From an uncultured Eggerthellaceae bacterium (lineage in GTDB: Bacteria; Actinomycetota; Coriobacteriia; Coriobacteriales; Eggerthellaceae): a DNA stretch of 64,000 nt. The translations under genes and the position numbers were made by a program. Under the pieces are notes generated by a model, which ran no database searches, was not told the origin of the DNA, and worked only from the letters and a program-made list of their open reading frames with translations. Shown here piece by piece: positions 35,427 to 43,830 of this stretch. The stretch covers positions 158 to 64,157 of the forward strand of contig CANOBU010000001.1 in NCBI GenBank assembly GCA_947564425.1, written 5' to 3'. Numbering within the stretch: the first letter of the stretch is position 1; every line of letters begins with the position of its first letter.

Positions 35427-37802
35427 ATGGGCGGTCTCGAAGGCGAACAGCAGCTGCCGGCCGGGTTGACCTCGGCCGAGGTGCAGGAGGCCGTGGCGGC
35501 GGGGAAGGTGAATGCCGATGCCGGCGTGAAGACCCGCTCGGTCGCCGATATATTCCGGGATAACATCTGCACGCTGTTCAATCTGATAAACGTCATCCTG
35601 GCGGTATTCGTATTCCTTACCGGGTCGTATAAGAACATGCTGTTCATGCTCGTCATCGTGATCAACGTGGTGATCGGCATCGTGCAGGAGATCCGCTCGA
35701 AGATAACCACGGATCGCCTGGCCATCGTGGCCGCTTCCACCGTGGAGGTGCGCCGGGACGGCCGGACCGAGGAGCTGCCCATCGACCGCCTGGTGCTGGG
35801 GGACCTCGTAAGGCTGGGCCGCGGGGACCAGATCCCCGCCGATGCCCGGGTGGTGCAGGGGGAGTGCAAGGTCAACGAGAGCCTGCTGACCGGCGAGAGC
35901 AAGCTGATCGCAAAGGGCCCCGGCGACGAGCTGATGAGCGGTTCGTTCGTGAACTCGGGGGTGGTGTGGGCCCAGGTGGTCCATGTGGGCGCCGACAACT
36001 ATGCCGCCAAGATCACCAACGAGGCCAAGCAGCATAAGGCTGTGAACTCCGAGATAATGGCCAGCTTGAACGCCATCATCAAGTACGTGAGCATCTTCAT
36101 GTTCCCGGTGGGGCTGCTGCTGTTCTGCAGCAGCTACTTCTTCCTGCATACCGAGCTGAACTCGACGATCCTCTCGACGGTGTCGGCATTGGTGGGCATG
36201 ATTCCCGAGGGGCTCATCCTGCTCACCTCCACCGTGCTGGCCGTGGCCGTCATACGGCTGTCCCGCTACAAGGTGCTGGTGCAGCAGCTCTACTGCATCG
36301 AGACCCTCGCCCGGGTGGATGTGCTGTGTCTCGACAAGACGGGCACCATCACCACCGGCGGCATGGAGGTGTTCGACGTGCAGCCCCTGGGGGATGCTGC
36401 GCCCGAGCAGGTGGCCCGCGCCTTCGCCTCGCTGGCGGCAGCCGACGAGGATCCCAACGAGACGGCCCTTGCCATCCGCGCCTATTTCGGAGAGGGGGAG
36501 GGTGCTGGAACGCCCCTGTGGCAGCCCGAGCGCACCATACCGTTCTCGTCCGATGCCAAATGGTCGGGTGCCGTTTTCCGCGACGGCGGGGCCTTCGTCA
36601 TGGGTGCGGCGCCGTTCGTGCTGGCGGCTGCACCGGATGCGCTGGGGGAGCTCGCCCCGCGTCTGGAGGCGCTGGCAGCCGATGCCCGGGTGCTGCTTCT
36701 GGCCCAGGTGGATGGCTTCACGGCCGAGGGAGGTATCGAGGGGGTGCCCCGGCCCCTGGGATTCATCTGCATACGCGACCAGATCCGCTCCACGGCCGCC
36801 CAGACCATCCGCTATTTCATCGAGCAGGGGGTCGACCTGAAGGTGATTTCCGGCGACGATCCGCATACCGTGTCGGGCATAGCCCGGAAGGTGGGCGTCC
36901 CCGGGGCCGATGAGTACGTGGATGCCACCACCCTGGCCACCGACAGCCAGATTGCCGAGGCCGTGCAGCGCTACAGCGTATTCGGGCGCGTGCGCCCCGA
37001 GCAGAAGAAGGCCTTCGTGCTGGCCCTGCAGGCCCAGGGCCATACCGTGGCCATGACGGGCGATGGGGTGAACGATGTGCTGGCCCTGAAAGCCAGCGAT
37101 TGCAGCGTGGCCATGGCCAGCGGCTCCGATGCGGCCCGCAACGTGGCCCAGCTGGTGCTGGTGAACAACGATTTCGCAAGCATGCCCCACGTGGTGGCCG
37201 AGGGAAGACGCTCCATCAACAACCTGCAGCGGTCGGCCTCGCTGTTCCTGGTGAAGACGCTGCTGTCCATCACCTCGGCCTTCCTGTTCATATTCCTGCC
37301 TTGGCAGTACCCCTTCGTTCCCATACAGATGACGCTCATCTCGGCCTTCACCATTGGCATCCCGTCCTTCGTGCTGGCCTTGGAGCCCAATCGCGACCGG
37401 GTGCGCGGCCATTTCCTGGCAAACTGCGTGGTCCATTCCATACCGGGGGCCGTGTGCGCGGTCATAAGCATCATCGCCGTCAACGCCGTAGGCTATGGCT
37501 GCCTGGGCCTCGATTACGGCCAGGTGTCCACCCTGTGCGTACTCGTCATGGCCATCTTGGGGATCATGCTGGTCATACGCCTGTCCATCCCGTTCACGCC
37601 CTTGCGCTGGGCGCTGCTGGTCGTGGTGGCGGGCGGTACCGTGCTGGGCGTCACCGTGTTCGGGTGGCTGTTCAACATCGCGGTCTTCGTGCCGGCCATG
37701 TGGTGGACGCTGGGTATCGCGGCTGCGGCGAATGCCGTTGCCTTCAATCTCCTGTACACGGCCTTGGACCGTTTCCACAGCCGCCGGCTGCAGGGCCGGT
37801 AG
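35427..37802 (+). CDS. cation-translocating P-type ATPase (HAD superfamily, P2-like)
   Basis: The ATG directly abuts the kinase stop (TAGATG). Contains TGES, the phosphorylation site CLDKTGTITTG, the hinge MTGDGVNDVLALK, and about 10 TM segments. Confidence 0.9.
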   Translation: MGGLEGEQQLPAGLTSAEVQEAVAAGKVNADAGVKTRSVADIFRDNICTLFNLINVILAVFVFLTGSYKNMLFMLVIVINVVIGIVQEIRSKITTDRLAIVAASTVEVRRDGRTEELPIDRLVLGDLVRLGRGDQIPADARVVQGECKVNESLLTGESKLIAKGPGDELMSGSFVNSGVVWAQVVHVGADNYAAKITNEAKQHKAVNSEIMASLNAIIKYVSIFMFPVGLLLFCSSYFFLHTELNSTILSTVSALVGMIPEGLILLTSTVLAVAVIRLSRYKVLVQQLYCIETLARVDVLCLDKTGTITTGGMEVFDVQPLGDAAPEQVARAFASLAAADEDPNETALAIRAYFGEGEGAGTPLWQPERTIPFSSDAKWSGAVFRDGGAFVMGAAPFVLAAAPDALGELAPRLEALAADARVLLLAQVDGFTAEGGIEGVPRPLGFICIRDQIRSTAAQTIRYFIEQGVDLKVISGDDPHTVSGIARKVGVPGADEYVDATTLATDSQIAEAVQRYSVFGRVRPEQKKAFVLALQAQGHTVAMTGDGVNDVLALKASDCSVAMASGSDAARNVAQLVLVNNDFASMPHVVAEGRRSINNLQRSASLFLVKTLLSITSAFLFIFLPWQYPFVPIQMTLISAFTIGIPSFVLALEPNRDRVRGHFLANCVVHSIPGAVCAVISIIAVNAVGYGCLGLDYGQVSTLCVLVMAILGIMLVIRLSIPFTPLRWALLVVVAGGTVLGVTVFGWLFNIAVFVPAMWWTLGIAAAANAVAFNLLYTALDRFHSRRLQGR

Positions 37803-37902
37803 CGTTCCTCTCCGGTGCCTTTCGGGCTGCCGCCGGCTGCGCCGGGGGATTCCCTGCGTCCTTGCCGGGTTGCCGCTGCCTGCGACGCGCTACCATGGAA
37901 GC

Positions 37903-39150
37903 ATGCTGAAACGCCATTACGACAAGATAATCGCCGGCTGCTGCTTCCTGTTCCTGTTCGCGAACCTGGGGCTGGCCTCTACGGCTTTCTCGGTGCATCA
38001 GCCCTATATCGTGGCCATCCCGGGGGTGGGGGATAGCGGTGGTTCGCTCATCCTGTCGGTGCGCACGGCCGTGTCGCTTCTGGCCATGCTGTTCGTGGAC
38101 CGCTACTACAGCGTGCTGGATGTAAGGTGGGGAGTGTTTCTCGCCACCTTGGCTACGGCTTGCGGGTTCCTCGTGTACAGCTTCGCCGGCAGCCTGCCGG
38201 TTTTCCTGGTGGGGGCGGTGTTCTTGGGATTGGGCTACGGCCTGGGCGGCATGGTGGCCGTCACCTATATCGCCAACCGCTGGTTCGCCGGCGGGCTGGG
38301 GGCCATGATCGGCTTCGCTTCCATGGGAAGCGGGGTGGCCACCATCGTCATGCCCGTGGTGGTGCTGCAGATCATACATGCCACCTCGCTTGCGGGGGCG
38401 TTCCGCTTCGAAGCGGCCCTGGCGGCGGCTGTGGGCGCGCTGGTGGTGCTGGTGCTGCGCAACCGCCCCTCCGACCTGGGCATCGATCCCTATCGGCCGG
38501 CCCCGGACGCGGGCGGGGAGGGGAAGCGCGGCGGCAAGCGGAGTCGGGCCCATCGCCCTATGAGGGAGGCACCTGCCGGGGAGCATCTGCTGCTTATGGC
38601 GTCCATGACGGGGGTGGGCATCTTCAGCTGCTGCGCCATCACCTATATATCGGTGCTGGCTACCTCCAATGGGTTCTCGCCGGTGCTGGCGGCCCTGCTG
38701 GTATCCATCGCCGGCATAGCCCTTACGCTGTCGAAGTTCGTCACCGGCGAGCTGTTCGACCATCTGGGGGGTGCCGCCGCCACGGCTATCCTGTTCGCCA
38801 TCGGCATCGCCGGCTACGTCTTGTGCTGTGCGGCGGGGCTTGGCAATGCGGGCATCATGGTGGCGGGGGCCGTGCTGATGGGTGCGGGGATATCGCTGGG
38901 GTCGGTGGGGGTCTCGGTATGGTCGATCGACCTTTCCAGCCGGGCGAATCGCGATAGGGAGATAAGGAACTTCCAGGTGGCCTACGCCATCGGCGCCTTC
39001 ATATCGAATACCCTGCCAGGTTTCATCAAGGATGCCGTGGGCACCTACGTGGCATCCTATGCCGCCGTGGCGGCGGTGGCAGCCTTGGCCGCGTTCATCA
39101 TCCTGCGCTATTACCTGCGCTATACGGACCGAACGGCTGCGGAGTCCTAG
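37903..39150 (+). CDS. MFS transporter (oxalate/formate antiporter-like)
   Basis: In-frame tail of ORF 37495..39150. Starts at ATG 37903 (MLKRHYDKIIAGCCFLFLFANLGL). 12 hydrophobic segments with a central charged loop. Confidence 0.8.
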   Translation: MLKRHYDKIIAGCCFLFLFANLGLASTAFSVHQPYIVAIPGVGDSGGSLILSVRTAVSLLAMLFVDRYYSVLDVRWGVFLATLATACGFLVYSFAGSLPVFLVGAVFLGLGYGLGGMVAVTYIANRWFAGGLGAMIGFASMGSGVATIVMPVVVLQIIHATSLAGAFRFEAALAAAVGALVVLVLRNRPSDLGIDPYRPAPDAGGEGKRGGKRSRAHRPMREAPAGEHLLLMASMTGVGIFSCCAITYISVLATSNGFSPVLAALLVSIAGIALTLSKFVTGELFDHLGGAAATAILFAIGIAGYVLCCAAGLGNAGIMVAGAVLMGAGISLGSVGVSVWSIDLSSRANRDREIRNFQVAYAIGAFISNTLPGFIKDAVGTYVASYAAVAAVAALAAFIILRYYLRYTDRTAAES

Positions 39151-39171
39151 CGCAAAGGTTCAGAGGGATGT

Positions 39172-39339
39172 CTGACGCGAATCGGACCGCCCGGCAAGCC
39201 CGGAGGGGGCCGGGGCGCCCAGTCGCTCGAACAGTCCTGCTTTGGCGAAAAGCCCACTGGGCTTTTCGCGTCGTGCGGAACTCGCTTTGTGGGCGCCCCG
39301 GCCCCCTCCGGGCTTGCCGGGCGGTCCGATTCGCGTCAG
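39172..39339. repeat. perfect 50-bp inverted repeat with 68-nt spacer containing a nested palindrome
   Basis: I paired 39172-39221 against 39290-39339 base by base and found 50/50 complementary. The spacer holds cgaaaagccca / tgggcttttcg. It starts 21 nt after the MFS stop. Confidence 0.95.
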
Positions 39340-39428
39340 GCTGCGGGCATGGGTGAGCCCCCCGGTACGTCCCGCCTGCGAGGTCGTTTCTTCGGGGATG
39401 CAGGTGGGACAGATCGGAGGGCTCGGTT

Positions 39429-39463
39429 CCCCCGGAGGTCCCTGATTCCCCCGGGGGATTTTT
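39429..39463 (+). terminator. candidate intrinsic terminator
   Basis: cccccgg (39429-39435) / ccggggg (39451-39457) is followed by ATTTTT (39458-39463). The 15-nt loop is long, so the call is only moderate. Confidence 0.4.
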
Positions 39464-39889
39464 CATTATAGAGGGCGCCGGAAGGGGAGGGGAGCATCGG
39501 GCGGCAAGGGTTGACCGGGCGATTCCCCGAGGTTCCCCTGCCGTTTCCCGTTCTCCATAGACAGGGCGGAAAAGAGCCTTTTCCTGGCTTTTCGCGCTTT
39601 CGCGGATATGGAGCCGCTGTGAACTTGTAGAAGCTGTGAATCAAATACAGTGGAATGTGTAGGCTTCTGAACTGGGTTTTTGCTTTCTCTGTGCCGTTAT
39701 GGTGCGCAATCCGTCGAGGCGCCGTGTTCAAACTGTCGGCTTTGGGGGCCATCTGCCCCGGTCGCTTAATCTGCATGAACCGCTCGAAGGCCCCGGTCTT
39801 CGGCGGCGGGACGCCCGGTACGGCCGGGATGCTCCCTTCGAACGAAGCAGAATCGCTCCCGTAAACGCAGTATAACCGGACTACACGGG

Positions 39890-39928
39890 GGGTGCGGCGC
39901 CATATGGCGCCGCACCCTGCTCTATTTT
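39890..39928 (+). terminator. strong intrinsic terminator-like hairpin immediately upstream of the peptidase-like gene
   Basis: Perfect 12-bp stem gggtgcggcgcc (39890-39901) / ggcgccgcaccc (39906-39917), 4-nt loop atat, then tgctctatttt. It ends only about 15 nt before the GTG 39943 start. Confidence 0.7.
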
Positions 39929-39942
39929 GCGGAGAGGAAAAC

Positions 39943-40656
39943 GTGGAATCTGGTATGAATGCTAAATTGAAGCGGGCTGCGGTCGCCCTCGCCCTCGCCC
40001 TCGCCCTTGTGCCCGGCACGGCTTTCGCGGCCGATGGCGCGGCTGCGGACCAGGCGGGCCTTTCCCAGGGCAGCATGCTGGTATCGCTTTCGGCCAGCTC
40101 GGCAGCCGAGGACGCCGCTGCCGCCTCGAAGGAACGGGCCGAGCGCCTGAGCGGCATGTACGACAAGCTCCATAAGGTGGTGACCGAGAAGGTCGAGAAG
40201 GCCTTCTACACCATCCCCTACGACCGTGCGGATATCGATGCCATAGGCAACCAGGCCCGTTCGGGGCACACCATCTGCTGCCCCTCGTATTCCTGCGCCT
40301 ATGCCGATGCCGTGATGGACGGCACGGTGCGCGACCACTCCTACTATGTATGCAGCAGCTGCCGCTGGCCCGATTGGGGCGGCGGCAACTCGTCGTTCCG
40401 CAATGCCGGCTACGGCACGCCCCAGCTGCGCGAGGCCTACGACCAGATAAGCCAGGGGCGCCCGGTGGTCATACATGTGGGCGGCGTCAGCGGCGAGCAC
40501 TGGATCGCCCTTATCGGCTACCAGAACGCCGCAGACCCGGATAACCTCACCTTGTCGAACTTCACGGCCCTGGACCCTTGGGACGGCGCCCAGATAAACG
40601 CCGGGTCGAAGTACCGCCTGTACGGCGACGGCTGCCAGCACATATCCTCCCGGTAA
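39943..40656 (+). CDS. secreted Cys-rich papain-fold (peptidase C39-like) protein
   Basis: In frame with ORF 39892..40656. GTG 39943 lies 5 nt after GGAGAGG, with ATG 39955 as the alternative. The signal peptide is KLKRAAVALALALALVPGTAFA. The Cys/His/Asp-type arrangement reads HTICCPSYSCAYA ... GEHWIALIGY ... LDPWDG. Confidence 0.55.
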   Translation: MESGMNAKLKRAAVALALALALVPGTAFAADGAAADQAGLSQGSMLVSLSASSAAEDAAAASKERAERLSGMYDKLHKVVTEKVEKAFYTIPYDRADIDAIGNQARSGHTICCPSYSCAYADAVMDGTVRDHSYYVCSSCRWPDWGGGNSSFRNAGYGTPQLREAYDQISQGRPVVIHVGGVSGEHWIALIGYQNAADPDNLTLSNFTALDPWDGAQINAGSKYRLYGDGCQHISSR

Positions 40657-40679
40657 GCATCCGATTGCCGGCATCTTGC

Positions 40680-40711
40680 GGGCGGGGCCCTTCCGGGTTC
40701 CCGCCCTTTTT
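40680..40711 (+). terminator. intrinsic terminator after the peptidase-like gene
   Basis: gggcggg (40680-40686) / cccgccc (40700-40706) is followed by TTTTT (40707-40711). Confidence 0.6.
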
Positions 40712-40764
40712 GCGTTCCGGGTGCCTTACTATGGGTGCATAAGGCAATGCGAGGGGAGGGCCCG

Positions 40765-41745
40765 ATGGGGAAATCGAAGATCCTGTGTCTGCTGGACCTG
40801 CTGGAACGCCGCACCGACGGGGATCGCGGCCTCACCATGCCCCAGATCATCGGGGAGCTGGGCGCTCAGGGCATCTCTGCGGAGCGCAAGGCGCTCTACC
40901 GCGATATCGCGGCGCTGCGCCAGGCCGGCTTCGATATCCGCAAGCTGCCCACGCATCCGGTCCAGTATGCGCTGGTACGCAGCGACCTGGGGCTGGATGA
41001 CGTGATGATGCTGGTCGATGCCGTGCAATCCAGCCGTTTCCTGACCGAGCGCAAATCGTCCCAGCTGGTGCGCAGCCTGAAGACCCTCGTATCGGACCGC
41101 CAGCGCAAGTTGCTGGAAAAGCGTGTGCACGTGCGCGGCCGCGTGAAGAGCCAGAGCGAATCGGTGTTCCACAGCGTGGATACGATACACGAGGCCATCC
41201 AACGGCGGCGCAAGGTGGAGTTCCTCTATTTCAGCTACGGCACCGATCTGCGGCGCCATCCCCGCCACGGGGGCAAGCGCTATACGGTCTCGCCGGTGCG
41301 CGTGGTGTTCAGCGACGGCAACTACTACCTTGCCGCCTACGAGGCGGGCGAGGGGGATGCGGACGGCACGGTGAAGACCTACCGCATCGACCGCATGGAG
41401 CTGCTGCAGGTGTCCGAGGCCAAGGCCGACCGGGCCGCCGCCGAAGCCGCCTACGAGGGCGAGGACTTCGCCTATGTCAGCTTCGGTATGTTCGCCGGCC
41501 GCCATGCCTCGGTGACCCTGCGGGTGCAGGCGCCCCTGATGGATGCCCTGGTGGATGTGTTCGGTCCGGGCATCGAGGTGCTGAAGGCCGCAGAGGACTG
41601 GGCCGAGGTGCGGGTGCCGGTGCAGGTGAGCCCCCAATTCTTCGGCTGGGTGGCGGGCCTGGACGGCCACGTGTCCATCAAGGCCCCCAAGTCCGTGCGC
41701 GAGGACTACCGCAACTGGCTGCGCGCCCTGGCCGACGGGTGCTAG
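40765..41745 (+). CDS. WYL-domain transcriptional regulator (wHTH-WYL-WCX, YafY/PafBC-like)
   Basis: In frame with ORF 40735..41745. ATG 40765 follows GAGGGGAGGG. The HTH reads ILCLLDLLERRTDGDRGLTMPQIIGELG. The WYL region reads KVEFLYFSY...RYTVSPVRVVFSDGNYYLAAY...KTYRIDRM. Confidence 0.8.
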   Translation: MGKSKILCLLDLLERRTDGDRGLTMPQIIGELGAQGISAERKALYRDIAALRQAGFDIRKLPTHPVQYALVRSDLGLDDVMMLVDAVQSSRFLTERKSSQLVRSLKTLVSDRQRKLLEKRVHVRGRVKSQSESVFHSVDTIHEAIQRRRKVEFLYFSYGTDLRRHPRHGGKRYTVSPVRVVFSDGNYYLAAYEAGEGDADGTVKTYRIDRMELLQVSEAKADRAAAEAAYEGEDFAYVSFGMFAGRHASVTLRVQAPLMDALVDVFGPGIEVLKAAEDWAEVRVPVQVSPQFFGWVAGLDGHVSIKAPKSVREDYRNWLRALADGC

Positions 41746-41752
41746 GAGCGGC

Positions 41753-43177
41753 CTATTCCCTCCCGTTCCAGCAGTAGGTGCAGATGTTGTCGCGGTCGAT
41801 GCCGATGGCTTCCAGCATGCCGTCCAGGCTCTGGTAGCTCAGCGAATCGAAGCCCATCTCGTCGCAGATGGCCTTCACCAGGCACTTACCGCGCTCCGTG
41901 GAGGAATCGATGTATTCCTCCAGGTGCTCCTCGCCGTCGTTGCCCTCCAGCTGGCGCATGGCCCGGCGTCCGATGAGGTCCATGATGGAATCGTTGCGCG
42001 AGAACGACAGGTACTTGCAGCCGAACATGATGGGCGGGCAGGCCGAGCGCATGTGCACCTCCGCAGCGCCGCTCTCGTACAGGAAGTCCACGGTGTTGCG
42101 CAGCTGGGTGCCGCGCACGATGGAGTCGTCGACGAACAGCAGCTTCTTGCCGCGTATCAGCTCCGGCACCGGCACCAGCTTCATCGAGGCCACACGGTTG
42201 CGTATCTCCTGGTTCTGGGGCATGAACGACCGCGGCCAGGTGGGGGTGTACTTGATAAGGGGGCGCCCGAAGGGCATCCCGCTCTCGTGGGCGTAGCCGA
42301 TGGCGTGGGGCGTGCCCGAATCGGGTACGCCGGCCACGTAGTCCACCTGGGGCATGGCGCCGCGTTCCCGCTCGGCCTTGGCCATCAGCGTGCCGTTGCG
42401 GTAGCGCATGATCTCGACGTTCTCGCCTTCGTAATTCGAGTTGGGATAGCCGTAGTACACCCACATGAAGGCGCAGATCTTCATCTTGTCGCCGGCAGGG
42501 GCGATGGTCTCGCGGCCCTCGGCGGTTATGCGCACGATCTCGCCGGGGCCCAGCTCGTAGTCGTCGGCGTAGCCCAGCTTATGGAAGGCGAAGGACTCGA
42601 AGGCCACGCAGTAGCCCTCGGCGTCCTTGCCGATGAGCACCGGCAGGCGCCCCAGGGGGTCGCGGGCGGCCATGAGGGCCCCGTCATCGGTCATGATGAG
42701 CAGCGTCAGGGATCCCTCGATCTGCTCTTGGGCGAATTTGATGCCCGAGATGAAATCGGGCTTCTGGTTTATCAGGGCGGCTACCAGTTCGGTGGAGTTC
42801 ACGGCGCCGGACGACATGGCCATGAACTGCCGTGTGCCATCGGCGAAATAGCGCTCCACGAGTTCTTCGGCGTTGTTTATGGCGCCGACGGTGGTCAGAG
42901 CATACAGGCCCAGGTGCGAACGCACCAGCAGCGGCTGGGGGTTGGTGTCCGAGATGCAGCCGATGCCCGAACAGCCGTGGAAGTCGTTCAGGTCGTCCTC
43001 GAAACGGGTGCGGAAGGGGGTGTTCTCGATGGAGTGTATCTCGCGCTGGAAGCCGTCGCCCTCGTCGAAGAAGATGAGGCCCGCGCTCTTGGTCCCCAGA
43101 TGGGAGTGGTAATCGACCCCGAAGAACACGTCCAGCACCACATCGCGCTTCGACACCGCGCCAAAGAAACCGCCCAC
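41753..43177 (-). CDS. amidophosphoribosyltransferase-like protein lacking the N-terminal nucleophile Cys
   Basis: In-frame tail of ORF 41753..43864. GTG 43177 follows GAAAGGGGAAG. The N-terminus is (M)GGFFGAVSKRDVV, where PurF has CG(I/V)(F/V)G. The PRPP loop KKLLFVDDSIVRGTQL is present. The C-terminus reads CTYCWNG. Confidence 0.75.
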   Translation of the reverse strand: MGGFFGAVSKRDVVLDVFFGVDYHSHLGTKSAGLIFFDEGDGFQREIHSIENTPFRTRFEDDLNDFHGCSGIGCISDTNPQPLLVRSHLGLYALTTVGAINNAEELVERYFADGTRQFMAMSSGAVNSTELVAALINQKPDFISGIKFAQEQIEGSLTLLIMTDDGALMAARDPLGRLPVLIGKDAEGYCVAFESFAFHKLGYADDYELGPGEIVRITAEGRETIAPAGDKMKICAFMWVYYGYPNSNYEGENVEIMRYRNGTLMAKAERERGAMPQVDYVAGVPDSGTPHAIGYAHESGMPFGRPLIKYTPTWPRSFMPQNQEIRNRVASMKLVPVPELIRGKKLLFVDDSIVRGTQLRNTVDFLYESGAAEVHMRSACPPIMFGCKYLSFSRNDSIMDLIGRRAMRQLEGNDGEEHLEEYIDSSTERGKCLVKAICDEMGFDSLSYQSLDGMLEAIGIDRDNICTYCWNGRE

Positions 43178-43298
43178 TGCTTCCCCTTTCCTTCTACGAT
43201 GCTTGCAGTATACGCCATGGAAATGCCCCGGAGCCACGCCGGGGGCGGATATAATAGGGCCGAAACGACGAGCGGCCGCCGAACGGAAGGAAGCCATC

Positions 43299-43790
43299 AT
43301 GAGACAACGCCTCGCCCTTGCCCTGCTGGGCTGCCTTGCAGCGGCACTCCTGGTTTCGGGGGGTTGCGCCGCGCCGGGGCCGGCTTCGGAGGAAGCGGCC
43401 CCGGAAGCGGGTTTTGCGGGCATATGGGAGGTAGTGCGCCTGGATGACGGCGAGCGGGTCATCGAGGGGGACGACCTGGAGCGCCTGCGGTCCCTGGATA
43501 TGCATATATACCTGGAGCTCGCAGAGGACGGCCGGGCCGTGCTGCGCACCTTCGATGAGGAAGAAGAGGGCACCTGGCAGGCCGATTCGGCCGCAACCGC
43601 CGCCATGGTGCTGCCCGACGGCCAGCGGGTGGGCATGGAGCTGTCGGACGGCGTCCTCTTATTCAGCCAGGGCGAGGATAGGCTGGAGTTCCAGCGCACC
43701 GACCTGGCGGAGCTGCCGCCCGTACCCGACGATGCGCCCCCGGAGGCCCAGGAGGCCGCGCAGGAGGGGGCCTCCGGGTCAGCTTCGTAG
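43299..43790 (+). CDS. lipoprotein, function unknown
   Basis: In frame with ORF 43203..43790. ATG 43299 follows GGAAGGAAG. The signal and lipobox read MRQRLALALLGCLAAALLVSGGC. The C-terminal tail is acidic and Pro-rich. Confidence 0.65.
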   Translation: MRQRLALALLGCLAAALLVSGGCAAPGPASEEAAPEAGFAGIWEVVRLDDGERVIEGDDLERLRSLDMHIYLELAEDGRAVLRTFDEEEEGTWQADSAATAAMVLPDGQRVGMELSDGVLLFSQGEDRLEFQRTDLAELPPVPDDAPPEAQEAAQEGASGSAS

Positions 43791-43830
43791 GCCCCACCGG
43801 CCCGAAGGCCGCGCGACCGGCGGCATTCCG

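Noticed and set aside
32610-37778. A 1722-aa uninterrupted minus-strand ORF, the longest in the track, spanning the histidine kinase and P-type ATPase genes.
   Set aside because: It lies exactly antisense to two plus-strand genes with unmistakable catalytic motifs (H-box, G-boxes, DKTGT, GDGVND). Its translation is low-complexity (G/A/H/Q/R/L-rich) with no recognisable domain, and there is no SD at its start. Long stop-free antisense frames are expected when sense codons end almost always in G/C.
39655-39864. The 69-aa plus-strand ORF inside the leader, taken as an independent protein-coding gene.
   Set aside because: It has no Shine-Dalgarno sequence, and third-position bias in its first 20 codons is mixed. 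No family is recognised. It is not excluded as a leader peptide, so I mention it under the leader finding rather than calling it a feature.
39760-39890. Firm assignment of the peptidase leader to the ydaO/yuaA cyclic-di-AMP riboswitch class.
   Set aside because: Only the short string tcgcttaatctg and scattered gaatc/acgggg elements resemble what I remember of the consensus. The conserved 3' half (ccgaacccg..cagcuaaccucguaagcg-like) is not recognisable. I keep it only as a hypothesis to test with cmsearch.
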